Of a DNA stretch of 64,000 bases, positions 19,216 to 29,933 are shown piece by piece. The position numbers and the translations under genes are program-made. The notes beneath the pieces are model-generated. The model was not told the origin of the DNA. It worked only from the letters and a program-made list of their open reading frames with translations, and made no database searches. Origin of the DNA: a virus. Positions within the stretch are counted from its first letter, which is position 1; the number at the start of each line of letters is the position of its first letter. The stretch covers positions 1 through 64,000 of the IMG/VR virus record IMGVR_UViG_3300042731_007944; one strand, 5' to 3'.

Positions 19216-20249
19216 TGTGCCCCTCCAATACCGGCCACATATCCGGTCATGCGGTGTTGTTGCTCAGGTGGTAACTTCGTCTCTTGTACCGCATGCGGAA
19301 CCCGGTTGTACTGGCGTTCTTGTGTGTACCGCTGCGGTGTCTGGGCTTTCACGTAATTCTGATATTTCCACGGCCATCGCCTTCGAGAACCACGGATAGT
19401 GAGATAATGGCTCTTATAGGCTTTTGCTGACATGCCAAACTGGTATTCATCATGCTCTTCCAGGAACTCATCAAGGTCTGTAATCCAAAACTGCAATTCG
19501 CGCTTATCCTGTTTGAAAAGCGTCAACAGCTTCCCTTTTTCATCGTCTGTCAGGTAGACATGCTGATATTCCCCATACGGTTTCTCGTCAGGGTCAGGTT
19601 CGGTTTTGACGCGTCGTCGTGTCTTTTTCCCTTTTCGAGAAGGGGGGGATGAAGCCGTGTCATCCTGCGACGAATGTTCTTTCTTTTTTTCTTCACTCTC
19701 AGTATTATTCTTTAATTCAGATCTACGTATCCTTATATCAGTATTACGTTGTGTCGGATTTTCCACCTTCTGGTTTTTCAGTAATCTGGATGACTCGTCC
19801 GGTTTTAGGGCGTTTTCACGAGATGACCAGATTCCTGACTTCCCGTCCACTGGTGTATCCATATAACCAGATTCCTGACTTCCCGTCCACTGGTTGTGTG
19901 GTGGATATGTTTGTGTCAATGCCTGTAGAAACGCCCCGTAGAGCGGGTGATCTTTTGGCACTTCCACCACGGCTGTTTTCCACTCTTGCACCCGTCCGCC
20001 GTCATCTCTCACGGCAAATTTCCGAAAATAGCCATACTGTTTGAGTTCACGCAAGGCGGCCCTGGTCGCATCGCGCCCTTCTGTGGCATGGGCCATTAAG
20101 TCTTGTTCAGAACATTCCCACCCGTCGCCATGTCCTACGAGATAGGTGAGGATGCCTTTGGCCCTCCAGGACAACCGGGTATCGTCGAGAATCGGATATT
20201 TATGAATCGTAATTGAGTCTGTCAGTACTTTCTGCACGCGATAAATCAT
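19212..20249 (-). CDS. Phage replication initiator (HTH, lambda-O-like organisation)
   Basis: DTRLSWRAKGIL...L.ELKQYGY; directly upstream of dnaB; contains iterons. Confidence 0.8.
   Translation of the reverse strand: MIYRVQKVLTDSITIHKYPILDDTRLSWRAKGILTYLVGHGDGWECSEQDLMAHATEGRDATRAALRELKQYGYFRKFAVRDDGGRVQEWKTAVVEVPKDHPLYGAFLQALTQTYPPHNQWTGSQESGYMDTPVDGKSGIWSSRENALKPDESSRLLKNQKVENPTQRNTDIRIRRSELKNNTESEEKKKEHSSQDDTASSPPSRKGKKTRRRVKTEPDPDEKPYGEYQHVYLTDDEKGKLLTLFKQDKRELQFWITDLDEFLEEHDEYQFGMSAKAYKSHYLTIRGSRRRWPWKYQNYVKAQTPQRYTQERQYNRVPHAVQETKLPPEQQHRMTGYVAGIGGAQ
19826..19894. repeat. Iteron-like 29-bp direct repeat x2 (putative ori)
   Basis: ACCAGATTCCTGACTTCCCGTCCACTGGT at 19826 and 19866, next to an AT-rich tract at 19680-19750. 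Confidence 0.7.
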
Positions 20250-20276
20250 GTGTCGCTTCCCTGTTTCCTTTCCCTG

Positions 20277-21563
20277 CTATGCGTAGTGTATCCTGTGTGC
20301 CATCCGTCGTGTCCGCCATTGTTTCTCTTGCGTCTCTGCCTGTTCAAGCGCCACTGTTGAAACGTCCTGCAATTCCTGCACCGTCACCTCATCCACGCCC
20401 GCCGCCTGGCAGAATGCATATTCCACCAGTTCAATCTCAACCGCCGCTCCGCCGTCACTCGCCGCCCAATACCGGATATTCCATTGCGCATCCGGTCCTT
20501 TCGCAATGCGTGTCACGACGACAGGCTCACCGTCTCGAAAGAGGACGGGCCACTGTCCGCCGTAGACGACCTGGATACCCTTGTAAAAGAGTTCTTCGCG
20601 ATACTTCCAGTAGACACGCCCTAAGCATTTGACACGCTTCCGGTCCAGGGCCTCGTCCGGGCGATGTTTCGCCTGATCAGCCATTTGTCGCAGGAATGTC
20701 CGTTCTTCCTGACACCATTTCGGGCGAGGACAGACAGCTAAATTCAGGGCGTAGGAAATTTCAATTGGTGTCATATCATCACCTCATGCGGCAATTGCTG
20801 TCCGTTCTTGTCGAACTGGTCTCTGATGTGGTTTCGGATCTTTCGGTGCAAACCGTGGACATCCAGCGGCGAGTAGTTCCAGCATGAACCAGCCCATTGA
20901 CGTCGCAAGATCGCCTTTTCGTAGGTTCAATTCCTGCTGGATCTTCCGAGACGTCCGGCACATGCGTTTACAATTTTTACACGTTCGTGTCGTTGCCATA
21001 GCACATCACTCCGCTATTCCAGGGCGATTAGCGCTTCAACGTCTGCCGTGATGGTCGCTGTCTTTTCGACAAAGCCCAACAGATGACAGATCCGCGCTAA
21101 CACGCCCTGGAACGTGATATAGTCGTGTTCATCTTCGTACAACGCCTGAAAAAACAGGGATCGGAAGAGTACACAGGTCTTTCTGTCGTTCAATTTCGTT
21201 CGAATGACTTTCGGTTGTTGTGGCATGATATTACCCTCACTTTTTCCAGTTGCGGAATTTCTTCGGCTGCTGCTTACACCCGTTAACGTGCTTCCTAGCG
21301 TAGTGTTCCGCTTTCAACTTCTGGTACGTGGCCCGCACGCTATCGGGTTGTAGCGAGATCGTCCCGCGATACTCTTGTTTCGGCAGCAGCGTCTCAATGA
21401 CGTTTTTCGCCTTCTCGACAAAGGCCATTTTTACCCGCCCGAAGACGCCGGGCAGCCAGACGCGCTTGGCGTTCGAGAAGGTACGGTATTTTTGGTTGCC
21501 TTGATAGAACGTCCCGGCCTGTTGTGCGAGACGCCGCAAGGCTTTGGCTGTCTTTTATCGCAT
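20277..21563 (-). CDS. Cluster of phage hypothetical ORFs (20277-20774, 20784-20999, 21014-21226, 21237-~21563)
   Basis: Co-oriented ORFs with RBS-like spacers. Confidence 0.55.
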
Positions 21564-21577
21564 AGTACTCCTTGTGG

Positions 21578-21654
21578 TGGTAGCGAGGCTCAGATTTGAA
21601 CTGAGAATTTTGAGCTTATGAGACTCACGGCCTACCGGATTGGCCTACCTCGCT
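21578..21654 (-). tRNA. tRNA with CAT anticodon (Met or Ile2)
   Basis: AGCGAGG/CCTCGCT acceptor stem, GGCC D-stem, TGAGT-CTCATAA-GCTCA anticodon arm, CTCAG-TTCAAAT-CTGAG T-arm, encoded CCA. Confidence 0.93.
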
Positions 21655-21669
21655 ACACATAAATTTTCT

Positions 21670-22460
21670 GTCTTTGCCTATTATGCAGGCGAACACACCA
21701 TTTCTTTCCTCAGTAATTCCGAGAGAGACACTTCACGCGACACGTTCAAAAAAGGATTTTGACGTTGCAGACAGGTGTCACCAAAACGAGACAGAGGCAG
21801 CATGCACGGTTGCCACTCATCAAAGATGCCGGCGCTGGCTTAATCGTCTCACGTATTAAGCTGCAATTGCGAACATCCGAGATATATCATTGTCGCGATT
21901 GACACGGGCCTCCGTCTCTGTATAGGATGCGCTCAGCATGACATGTGTTGGCGTCTGCACCCTTGCGTCTGCGTTCCCTGGTACGAACAGAGAACGCTAA
22001 CATTCAAAGAGCAAAACACGAACTTCAGTAGTTATCTTTGACGCCATCCTGAGCGCGGTTGCGTTCCATGCCGTTCGGATGTACAGGCCGCCGCTCCCGG
22101 TTGTTTGGTGGCCGTTCGGCCTGGGATGACTGGCCTGTCCTGGTGACAGGAACACATCTGATTGTGCTCTGCGGTGGGGACTTGGGCCTTTTCAGTAATT
22201 CCCGTATACGTACCCTTTCAGGCTCCTACCACCAAATTTAAGGATTTGAACGCACGGCGCTACTCTTTTTGCTGAGCATCCCTTCTAATGCTCACCCCAA
22301 CCGAGTCGCAGAGAGGGTCTTGTTTGCACAAGCCGCAGAACACACATTTCCTTCAAAGAACGCACTCGACTTTTCTTGATGCGTAAGATGTCAACAAGGC
22401 CGGATCTTGCCGTACAGGGAACCCGGTCAGGCTATGCCTCGAACAGCCCAGCCCGTGACA
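21670..22460 (-). ncRNA. Candidate large structured ncRNA
   Basis: ~800 nt with no credible ORF inside a gene-dense operon; many stems; repeated GGAATTACTGA motif; adjacent to a tRNA. Confidence 0.4.
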
Positions 22461-22464
22461 AACC

Positions 22465-22949
22465 TTACTCCGTACAGACTTCAGCGACACCCACGATCTG
22501 CTGGTGTTGAATGGGCAGAAGGGCGTCTGGCGTCTGCACTGGTGTCAATGCGTCGAGATACTGTTGGCCTTTTCGGTACTCCTCTGGATTTAACCGAAAC
22601 AGCCGATTCAACAGAAAGATCACCTGCTGGTCTGGGTTCACCTCCGAAATGCAGGCTGATGGAAGCCACGTGCCTGCGAGCATCTTGACCGCGGCAGGCG
22701 GCCTCCGTAACGGGCGCTGGATGGCCCGGCATTGATAGACATAGGTTTTTTCGTCGTGTTCTAACAACATTTCAAATAAGTCTCACGATCCAAAGCACGA
22801 ACGCATAGGTAAGCCACATGCCAAGGATCGCGAGAATTAAAACAAAACATATCTGTTTCATCGTTCATGTTCGCCTGTGGCTGAACTGGCTTGGGTGCGT
22901 GAGCTTCGGCCCTGATCAACCCCTGAATGCCAGCCACAGGCGATATCAA
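22465..22949 (-). CDS. Two small hypothetical ORFs (22465-22770, 22761-22949)
   Basis: Coupled to the upstream recombination genes. Confidence 0.5.
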
Positions 22950-24161
22950 TTACGTCAACAGGGCTTCTTGTTGGCCCTGTCCTTGCGTTCTGACCTCTTG
23001 CAAGACGACAAAGAGCGCGTTCCAGTCTTTGGCGTCAAAGGCATTGTTGCCCTTGTCCACCAGGGCGCTCAAGCCTGAATCTTCTATTTCTTCCATCCAG
23101 GCCGTGTAATCCGTCTCTGACAACGTACCGTTTCCACTAAATTGCTGTTCAAGTTGTCGTAACGTTGCCATGTCTTTTGGTTTGGCGTTAAAGGCACTCG
23201 ACAGGGTAATCAGTTGCGCCTTCCCTTCATCCGTCTGTTTCATAATAGCGGCGAGTTGTTTATAGTGCTCTTTCGTGAATGGCTCATCGTCTGTCGATGG
23301 CGCTTCGTTGCCATTGGAAGAAACAGGCTGAATAGGAACCTCCTCCACGTTTTTAGGCACGTTTGTCACAACAGGCGGCGTTCCGGGTGTCAGGGCTGGA
23401 CGATCTGACTGGGCATGGTCGCCTTCCGATAATGTTCGCCCTTTGTCCTGACTGAAGAAAGCCGCTATCGCCTTCTCTTTCCGTTCTATCCCGTCTTTCG
23501 TTAGATCCGGACGCAAGGTCAGGACAGGAAATTTCCGCAAATTGTTTTCTTTCCCGCCCTTTTTGATCCCCTTCTGCTCGACTTTTTCCACGGTCAACAC
23601 AAACGGCGCTCCAAACAGATTCAAGTCATACACACTCTGTAAGACATTCAAGGTGTCCGGGATGCTGCTCTGTTCTCCACGGGTTTCCACCTGCGTAAAA
23701 CAGGGAATGCCATCTTCCAGGAAATCCGTGAGCATAAAGAACAGGCGCAAGACGTACTTTTCCGTCAAGTTGTACTGTTTGACATATGCCTCATACTCTG
23801 CTTCAGAGACCGTCATAGGCGTCAATGTCTGGACGTCGATTGTCTCAAACGTTTCAGTTGGTGTTTCACTCCACCAGTCAATATACACGCGTCCTTGAAT
23901 GGCTCCGCCTTTATTCCTGGCCTCGATAAAAACAGCACAGACGTCTTCCCGTGAGGCTTTCGGAAAGAAGATATGGAGCCGCTTCGGGTGGTTGAACTTC
24001 TGTGTAAACCGTTCAGCAAAGTGCCCGGACGGTTTGAAGTAATCCAGACTCTTACAGTGCGCGCCCTTTGTTCCGGACGCCGCCACCTGTTCGCCGGTAT
24101 GCAGGATCAGATCCACCGCTTTCCGGCTCGATACCGTGTTTTTTAAGCGTGTAAATTTCAT
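22950..24161 (-). CDS. Gp3-like recombination-associated protein
   Basis: KSLDYF motif, L.FML, T.G..S, PFVL.V pattern; next to an exonuclease. Confidence 0.55.
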   Translation of the reverse strand: MKFTRLKNTVSSRKAVDLILHTGEQVAASGTKGAHCKSLDYFKPSGHFAERFTQKFNHPKRLHIFFPKASREDVCAVFIEARNKGGAIQGRVYIDWWSETPTETFETIDVQTLTPMTVSEAEYEAYVKQYNLTEKYVLRLFFMLTDFLEDGIPCFTQVETRGEQSSIPDTLNVLQSVYDLNLFGAPFVLTVEKVEQKGIKKGGKENNLRKFPVLTLRPDLTKDGIERKEKAIAAFFSQDKGRTLSEGDHAQSDRPALTPGTPPVVTNVPKNVEEVPIQPVSSNGNEAPSTDDEPFTKEHYKQLAAIMKQTDEGKAQLITLSSAFNAKPKDMATLRQLEQQFSGNGTLSETDYTAWMEEIEDSGLSALVDKGNNAFDAKDWNALFVVLQEVRTQGQGQQEALLT

Positions 24162-25159
24162 ACCGTAAAGCCCTCCTGTTCCAGGTATTCCCGGATCGCG
24201 TCCGCATATGAGATATATGTGAAGTTCTCCTCCCCTGGGCTGAATGGTTTGTCAGAAAAGGTGAGCACGTTCTTTTTCAGAAAGGTCTTGCCGTATTCAT
24301 ACCACCATTTATTCGCCATGCCCGCCAGGATCGCAAACGGCGTGTGCTGGCGTTCATCCATGTGGTAGAGATCGCGGGATCGGCAATTCCATTTCTTCGG
24401 GCTGACGTTGAATAAGTGGATTGGCAGATCGGCATAGTCTGGGAAGTTGGCCCGGAACAAAAGTTCATAATAGGCGAGTTGATATTCATAGTCTTGAATG
24501 TCCTTATAGGACTTTTCCCCTGACTTCCAATCGACAATCCAGATGCCTTCATATTTTCCGGCATTTTTGCGAGGCATCCCGACAATATCAATCCGGCTAC
24601 CGAAATAAAACGACACGGGTTCCTGCGTTACGGGATGTGGGAAGGTCCGCAAGATGGCAGGGACTTCCACCGCAAGAAATTGCAGATCATAGGTATCCAC
24701 CCATTGACAGAGGCTTGCGAGGTGTCGTTTGCCTTTTTGTTCCCAGGCTGGCCGGGAATATTGGCAGTCATGCGACAGATAAAAATTTACAATTGCCTCA
24801 GGCAAGTGGATGGGATCGTACTGCAACCCTGCTCTCACAAATTCCGGGATCTGTCCGTGAAAGAACGTGCCATAGTCGCGGGCCTCTTTCGTCAACAGAT
24901 CGGCGTCAACGGGCATCTCCCCCATAACGGCCATGTGTACGCCATTTTTGAATTGCCAATTCGCAAGAAAGGGCGACTTGCCCCCGGACGCAGAGGTGAT
25001 GGACGTCACGCCGGGAACCGCTTCTTTGTCATCCTGAAGGTATTTCGGCGTGAAGTAAATATGGTCTTCGCCAGGGTGATCTAAACAGAAGATCGCTTCT
25101 TGCGCTTCTAAAAGTCCGGCTTCGAGATGTAACATCGAAAACAATGCTTGTGCTTCCAT
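24158..25159 (-). CDS. PD-(D/E)xK exonuclease (RecE/Cas4-like phage nuclease)
   Basis: PGVTSI, GTFFH, GSRID, VDWKSG, YQLAYY motifs. Confidence 0.8.
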   Translation of the reverse strand: MEAQALFSMLHLEAGLLEAQEAIFCLDHPGEDHIYFTPKYLQDDKEAVPGVTSITSASGGKSPFLANWQFKNGVHMAVMGEMPVDADLLTKEARDYGTFFHGQIPEFVRAGLQYDPIHLPEAIVNFYLSHDCQYSRPAWEQKGKRHLASLCQWVDTYDLQFLAVEVPAILRTFPHPVTQEPVSFYFGSRIDIVGMPRKNAGKYEGIWIVDWKSGEKSYKDIQDYEYQLAYYELLFRANFPDYADLPIHLFNVSPKKWNCRSRDLYHMDERQHTPFAILAGMANKWWYEYGKTFLKKNVLTFSDKPFSPGEENFTYISYADAIREYLEQEGFTV

Positions 25160-25249
25160 ATCCGATCCCCTCCTAGTAGGGCGTACAGCCCGAATTCATA
25201 AACAGTATCACGAACACGACAAACACGAACACAAACCAATAGATGTATT

Positions 25250-25990
25250 TCATGCCGCGACCTCCTCTAGACAATACCGCCCGCCGGTGCCATTGTAGCC
25301 ACCCGGGATCAGGCGCAGCTTAATGACATTGTCCGGCGTCGGTGCGTTTGCTGCCCGGATCTTCCGGATTGCCGCCTTCGCCAGATCGGCGTATTCAGGA
25401 TACCGCGCGATCACCGCGTTCAGGGGTTCAATGTCCATATCCTTCGCCTCGTCCACAGGCGCGATCAGGACGTTGCCGATCTGTAACAGGGCCTTGACGT
25501 TCCGGGTCATGGTTCCGAGTTCCACACGCAAGGGCATAAGACGATGGTCAGTCAGATTGTGAATTTCGGCATGATAGGCGCTGTCTTTGTTGGACATCTT
25601 GGTGTGATTTTGAAGATTAGTAATCGTATTCTTGACGCGCTGAATCCGCGTCTGCATGTAGGCGGCCCAAGTGTCAAGGTTGGTATCGAGCGCGGCGACT
25701 TCCGGGATTGGGACACCGCCCATGCGGACGATTCGGCAAAAGTGTTGGATCGTGCGTTCCAGGTCGGCTTTGGCCTCTCCCGCCCACTGGAACAGTTCAT
25801 CATCTGACGCGCCGGAATCGTTATATACCCAGGCGTCATGCACGGCCCCTTGATGAATGAGCGTCAGTTTCCCGGCCTGTTTGAGTTGGCTGAACTCGTA
25901 ATAATTGAGTTCGCTCCCATCGCTACAGGTGTACCGGCCATGCTCATCCGGCTTGTTTGGTCGTAAGAAAATTTGCATAAGGCTTGACAA
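25250..25990 (-). CDS. Hypothetical early protein
   Basis: Long ORF heading the leftward early operon. Confidence 0.6.
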   Translation of the reverse strand: MSSLMQIFLRPNKPDEHGRYTCSDGSELNYYEFSQLKQAGKLTLIHQGAVHDAWVYNDSGASDDELFQWAGEAKADLERTIQHFCRIVRMGGVPIPEVAALDTNLDTWAAYMQTRIQRVKNTITNLQNHTKMSNKDSAYHAEIHNLTDHRLMPLRVELGTMTRNVKALLQIGNVLIAPVDEAKDMDIEPLNAVIARYPEYADLAKAAIRKIRAANAPTPDNVIKLRLIPGGYNGTGGRYCLEEVAA

Positions 25991-26141
25991 AATTCCGTTT
26001 GGATGCGATAGTATGTGCAGTCGTTCGCGATTCCCTCAAGAATGACTGACTGCATCACATCCCGGTCGCGTTGCAGCGCGTCCGGGACGCCATCCGTTCG
26101 GAATTCCCTCTAGAAAAGTGTGAAAGAGCATCTCATGTCAA

Positions 26142-26207
26142 AATGAAAATTTCACTACTTTAGATACAGTAAAAGAAGTGAACCTTATTGTCAAGTGAAA
26201 TTTTCAT
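26142..26207 (-). promoter_or_regulatory. Early promoter flanked by two inverted operators
   Basis: ATGAAAATTTCAC (26142-26154) and GTGAAATTTTCAT (26195-26207) flank TTGACA-17 bp-TACTGT. Confidence 0.65.
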
Positions 26208-26362
26208 TTAATTGAAAATAATTCTTCATGACATCCGAATTCGCCTTGTTTTGTAGGAGAAAAAAAGTGAAGATAATTAACGGGTGTTTTCTACTTGACA
26301 AAACCTTCAATATACTGAATTATTTCTAAAACAGAACATCTACGCTCAGAAAAGGAGACTTT

Positions 26363-26638
26363 ATGCATACACAGAAAGATTTAGAAAATGTCGTAATTGG
26401 TGAGTTGTTAAAGGCCAGACGCAGCGAAAAAGCAATGACAATCCTTGAGTTATCGGACAAGGCGCAAGTCTCATCTGGGGCGCTCTCTGGCATCGAAAAC
26501 GGGAAGTCGGCTTTACGTGTGACGACGTTGATGAAAATTCTTGGGGCACTGGATGAAGACTATTCGGCCTTCATGCAGGACGTGCAAAATGCGCTAAAAA
26601 AAAACTGCATACCGAAGGCGTTCTCGATGCTCAACTAG
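26363..26638 (+). CDS. XRE-family HTH repressor
   Basis: LKARR...MTILELSDKAQVSSGALSGIENGK; divergent from the early operon. Confidence 0.88.
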   Translation: MHTQKDLENVVIGELLKARRSEKAMTILELSDKAQVSSGALSGIENGKSALRVTTLMKILGALDEDYSAFMQDVQNALKKNCIPKAFSMLN

Positions 26639-26652
26639 AGGGGTTAGAAGCG

Positions 26653-26850
26653 ATGTCTAGAAATGAAAATATTCCAGCAGAAGAACGGGGGAAGATTCGG
26701 GAAATCTGGCGAATCATCAAGGATTTGCTAAATCCGGCAAATCACATTGAGTATGTCCGACGAACAACCAAAACATTTGAAGAAGAGCCCTTACTCAAGA
26801 AGCGAGACGATGAGAAGGATATCCCGACGAATCCGGCAGAAGAACGCTAA
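26653..26850 (+). CDS. Hypothetical protein
   Basis: Follows the repressor gene with an RBS. Confidence 0.5.
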   Translation: MSRNENIPAEERGKIREIWRIIKDLLNPANHIEYVRRTTKTFEEEPLLKKRDDEKDIPTNPAEER

Positions 26851-27212
26851 GCCCGTCCAAATGACTCCGTATAGCGCCATTGCACATACTGGATGGCGTG
26901 CTTTGCCCACACGACCCAATAGATCGTCCAATAGGCATTCCGAAAGCAAAAATACCAATCTTCATCACGGAAGTGAAAGATTGCCAGGAACTGGACGAGT
27001 TGTGTCCAGGCCAACAACTCGTAGAGCGCTAAGGCGAGGGTGAGGAAGCTGGCATAGCCTCTCAAACTGTGTAAGCGGTTATCACCCCGTAAAAGAACTA
27101 ATGTGTAACCAGACAAAACAATTTGAAGCAGCAGGTTGGCAAAAATGTAGGTGTTATCTGTTGTTAGTCGTAGTAGTAAGTCTAACATTACTGTTCTCCG
27201 GGTGTCCACCAA
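26847..27212 (-). CDS. Small multi-pass membrane protein
   Basis: Three hydrophobic segments. Confidence 0.5.
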   Translation of the reverse strand: MVDTRRTVMLDLLLRLTTDNTYIFANLLLQIVLSGYTLVLLRGDNRLHSLRGYASFLTLALALYELLAWTQLVQFLAIFHFRDEDWYFCFRNAYWTIYWVVWAKHAIQYVQWRYTESFGRA

Positions 27213-27600
27213 AACGCGAAAAGACTTCTCTTCAACAACCTCTGACTACATCGCAACCCATCCAAAAAGTCAACTAATTTTTTCACGATTCCCTGAAATT
27301 GTGAAAAGATCCACTTGTTAGTCAACGCCTGCCACGAAAAGCGAACAAACGTCAAACAATACTCAAAAAAAAGACAATTTTCCCGCCTAATTGTGAAAAA
27401 AATACTTTACAGAAAACCTGTGGTGTGATGTGATTTTTCTCGTTGATTGGAAGAAAGGCGGGCTGACGTAGCTTGGTCGGCAGCAGCCCGCCCGGATAAC
27501 CTCAGACTCATAGGGTGAGGCTATGAGCGAGATCGCAGGACAGTCTAGCACCCCCTCAGAATTTGTCAAGCGATACCCGCCTGTTGCCCTCTAATTTTTT

Positions 27601-29094
27601 GTGTCAGCACCAGTACCGATTTCAGTTGACCCTGAATTTCAGGCGTTAATTCCTCCGCTAACCCATGAGGAAAAAACAGAACTCGAAAACAGTCTCCTTC
27701 GTGAAGGCTGCCTTGACTCCATAAAAGTTTGGAAAGAAGGCAATATCCTTATTGACGGGCATAACCGTCTTGATATTTGTACGCTTCATCAGATCCCGTA
27801 TCAACTCACCTATTTGTCCTTTCCCTCTCGCTATGCCGTGGTGATCTGGATAATCACCAACCAGCTCGGACGGCGCAACGTGACAAAGGAACAGAAAAGC
27901 TATTTGCGCGGGAAACGGTATGAGGCGGAAAAAAAGAATATTGGTGGAAACTATGGGAATCAATATACAAAGGCTATAGATCAAAATGATCTAAAGCCAA
28001 ATCATACAGCAGAAAACCTCGCACAAGAGTTCAACGTGTCTGCTCCCACTATCAAACGTGATGCGCAATTCGCGAAAGGCGTTGATTTGGTTGGCGCGTC
28101 CAATCCAGCCCTTCGGGAACGAATTCTTTCAGGACAGGCGAACATTCCGAAACAAGACCTTCAGGCCCTTTCTGCCTTAACGCCACCTGAAACCCTGGCC
28201 GGGTTTGATGACGAAGACGATGAAGATGATGAACCCTGTTATGATGGCGGGATGGCCTATTGTAAATATTGCTATACCACCCATGATGAATGGGAGATTG
28301 GTGAAGGGTTTGACTGTCTTGCCTGGATTTGTCAACGTTGCAATCATGCGACGGCTGATGACTTCATGGAGATGAAAGACGATGAAACAGAAGGAAAAAG
28401 CTGCTATAATTGCACGCATTATCATTCTGACGGGCATCATGAAACGCGATACTATTGTGATGTAATCGGCGCGACATTCCACGATAACGAGGGATTAGAT
28501 CACCCGTACTGTCACTATTCTGAAGAAGAACCACTTGTCTTTCAGACAGAGGAAGATGTTCTAAAAAGGGCGGCTGAAATCAGAAGGTCGAAAAAGCCTC
28601 ATGTCGCGAATAATTCCGGTGACAACGAGTGGTATACTCCGAAAGAATTTATTGAAGCCGCCCGTTACGTGTTAGGAACCATCGATCTTGATCCGGCCTC
28701 CTCTGAAAGTGCAAATAAAATAGTTCAGGCAGTAACGTTCTATACGGCGATTGACAATGGCTTACAACAAGAATGGTTCGGGAAAGTCTGGATGAATCCC
28801 CCATATGAAGCCGGATTAATTGATCAATTCTGTCTAAAGCTTAAAACAAGCATTGCTTGTCAGGACGTGTCTGAAGCCATTGTTTTGGTGAATAATGCTA
28901 CTGAAACACAATGGTTTTTTAATCTTATCTCCGTTGCCTCTGCAGTTGTGTTCCCTACAAAACGGGTTCGGTTTCTTTCTCCCGAAGGGAAACTCGGATC
29001 TCCCCTACAAGGACAGGCCCTTGTGTATGCCGGGCCGCATAGCCAAACATTCCTTGAAACTTTTGCCTCGTTCGGATGGGGGGCGCGTCTATGA
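27601..29094 (+). CDS. ParB-like domain fused to a Dam-family N6-adenine methyltransferase
   Basis: LIDGHNR..NQLGRRN ParB-like region; NEWYTP, DLDPAS and WMNPPY MTase motifs. Confidence 0.88.
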   Translation: MSAPVPISVDPEFQALIPPLTHEEKTELENSLLREGCLDSIKVWKEGNILIDGHNRLDICTLHQIPYQLTYLSFPSRYAVVIWIITNQLGRRNVTKEQKSYLRGKRYEAEKKNIGGNYGNQYTKAIDQNDLKPNHTAENLAQEFNVSAPTIKRDAQFAKGVDLVGASNPALRERILSGQANIPKQDLQALSALTPPETLAGFDDEDDEDDEPCYDGGMAYCKYCYTTHDEWEIGEGFDCLAWICQRCNHATADDFMEMKDDETEGKSCYNCTHYHSDGHHETRYYCDVIGATFHDNEGLDHPYCHYSEEEPLVFQTEEDVLKRAAEIRRSKKPHVANNSGDNEWYTPKEFIEAARYVLGTIDLDPASSESANKIVQAVTFYTAIDNGLQQEWFGKVWMNPPYEAGLIDQFCLKLKTSIACQDVSEAIVLVNNATETQWFFNLISVASAVVFPTKRVRFLSPEGKLGSPLQGQALVYAGPHSQTFLETFASFGWGARL

Positions 29095-29702
29095 GTTTTA
29101 AGGACAACTTCAAGAAGGGACAAATTGGCGAAAGCCTTATTGCACGATGGTTGAAGCGTCACCATTATCATGTGTTGCCTGTCTATGAAGTGGAAATGGA
29201 TACCGGGAAGGGACCGCGATTGTTTAGCCCTCAACAACAATTGATCGCCCCTGATATGTTGGCCTTTACAGACAAAAAGACGATTTGGATTGAAGCGAAA
29301 CATAAAACCGCGTTTTCCTTGTATCGAAAAACAGGACAATGGACAACAGGGATTGACTTGCGGCATTATCGTGACTATTGTGAGGTCGATGACACGACAC
29401 CCTTTGATGTGTGGCTACTCTTTTTACAACAGGGAGGACATGCAAAAGATTCCCCAGAGACATCACCATCAGGGCTTTATGGAAACAAGCTGGAATATTT
29501 ACGTGAACATGAAGATCACAGATCGGATAAATGGGGGGCGTCAGGAATGGTATATTGGAGCATACACGCCTTAAAAAAACTTGACTCGTTAGAACGTGTT
29601 TACGGAAATATAGCGCCTACCCAACTCTCTCTTTCTGTTGAAAAACATGGGAGATCCGGGCATAGTACAAATTTGATTGAAAAGACCCTAAAAACCGCTT
29701 GA
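29091..29702 (+). CDS. PD-(D/E)xK nuclease-like protein coupled to the MTase
   Basis: GE..IA, APD, WIEAK motifs; ATGA overlap with the MTase. Confidence 0.7.
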   Translation: MSFKDNFKKGQIGESLIARWLKRHHYHVLPVYEVEMDTGKGPRLFSPQQQLIAPDMLAFTDKKTIWIEAKHKTAFSLYRKTGQWTTGIDLRHYRDYCEVDDTTPFDVWLLFLQQGGHAKDSPETSPSGLYGNKLEYLREHEDHRSDKWGASGMVYWSIHALKKLDSLERVYGNIAPTQLSLSVEKHGRSGHSTNLIEKTLKTA

Positions 29703-29933
29703 CATCCCGGCCCCGCTATGCCACCCTTCTTGTGTCGAAAACGTGTTCCGTGTGACTTTTCGCAGAGGCCAGCGGAACGTGTTGGATGTACAGGCGGCGC
29801 ACGGGTGTATTCAGTCATGCCGGACGCGAGCATGCTTCTGTGATAGGGATGTTCGTGATCTGGCGGCCTTCCTGACAATCGGTGCGCCGCTGTTTGCTTG
29901 ATGGCAACAAGTTTTCAGAAACGGGAAAAAATA

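Noticed and set aside
22415-22452. SRP RNA-like GAACCCGGTCAGG...CAGCC
   Set aside because: It lacks the GGAA tetraloop and the AGCAG motif, and lies on the strand opposite the operon.
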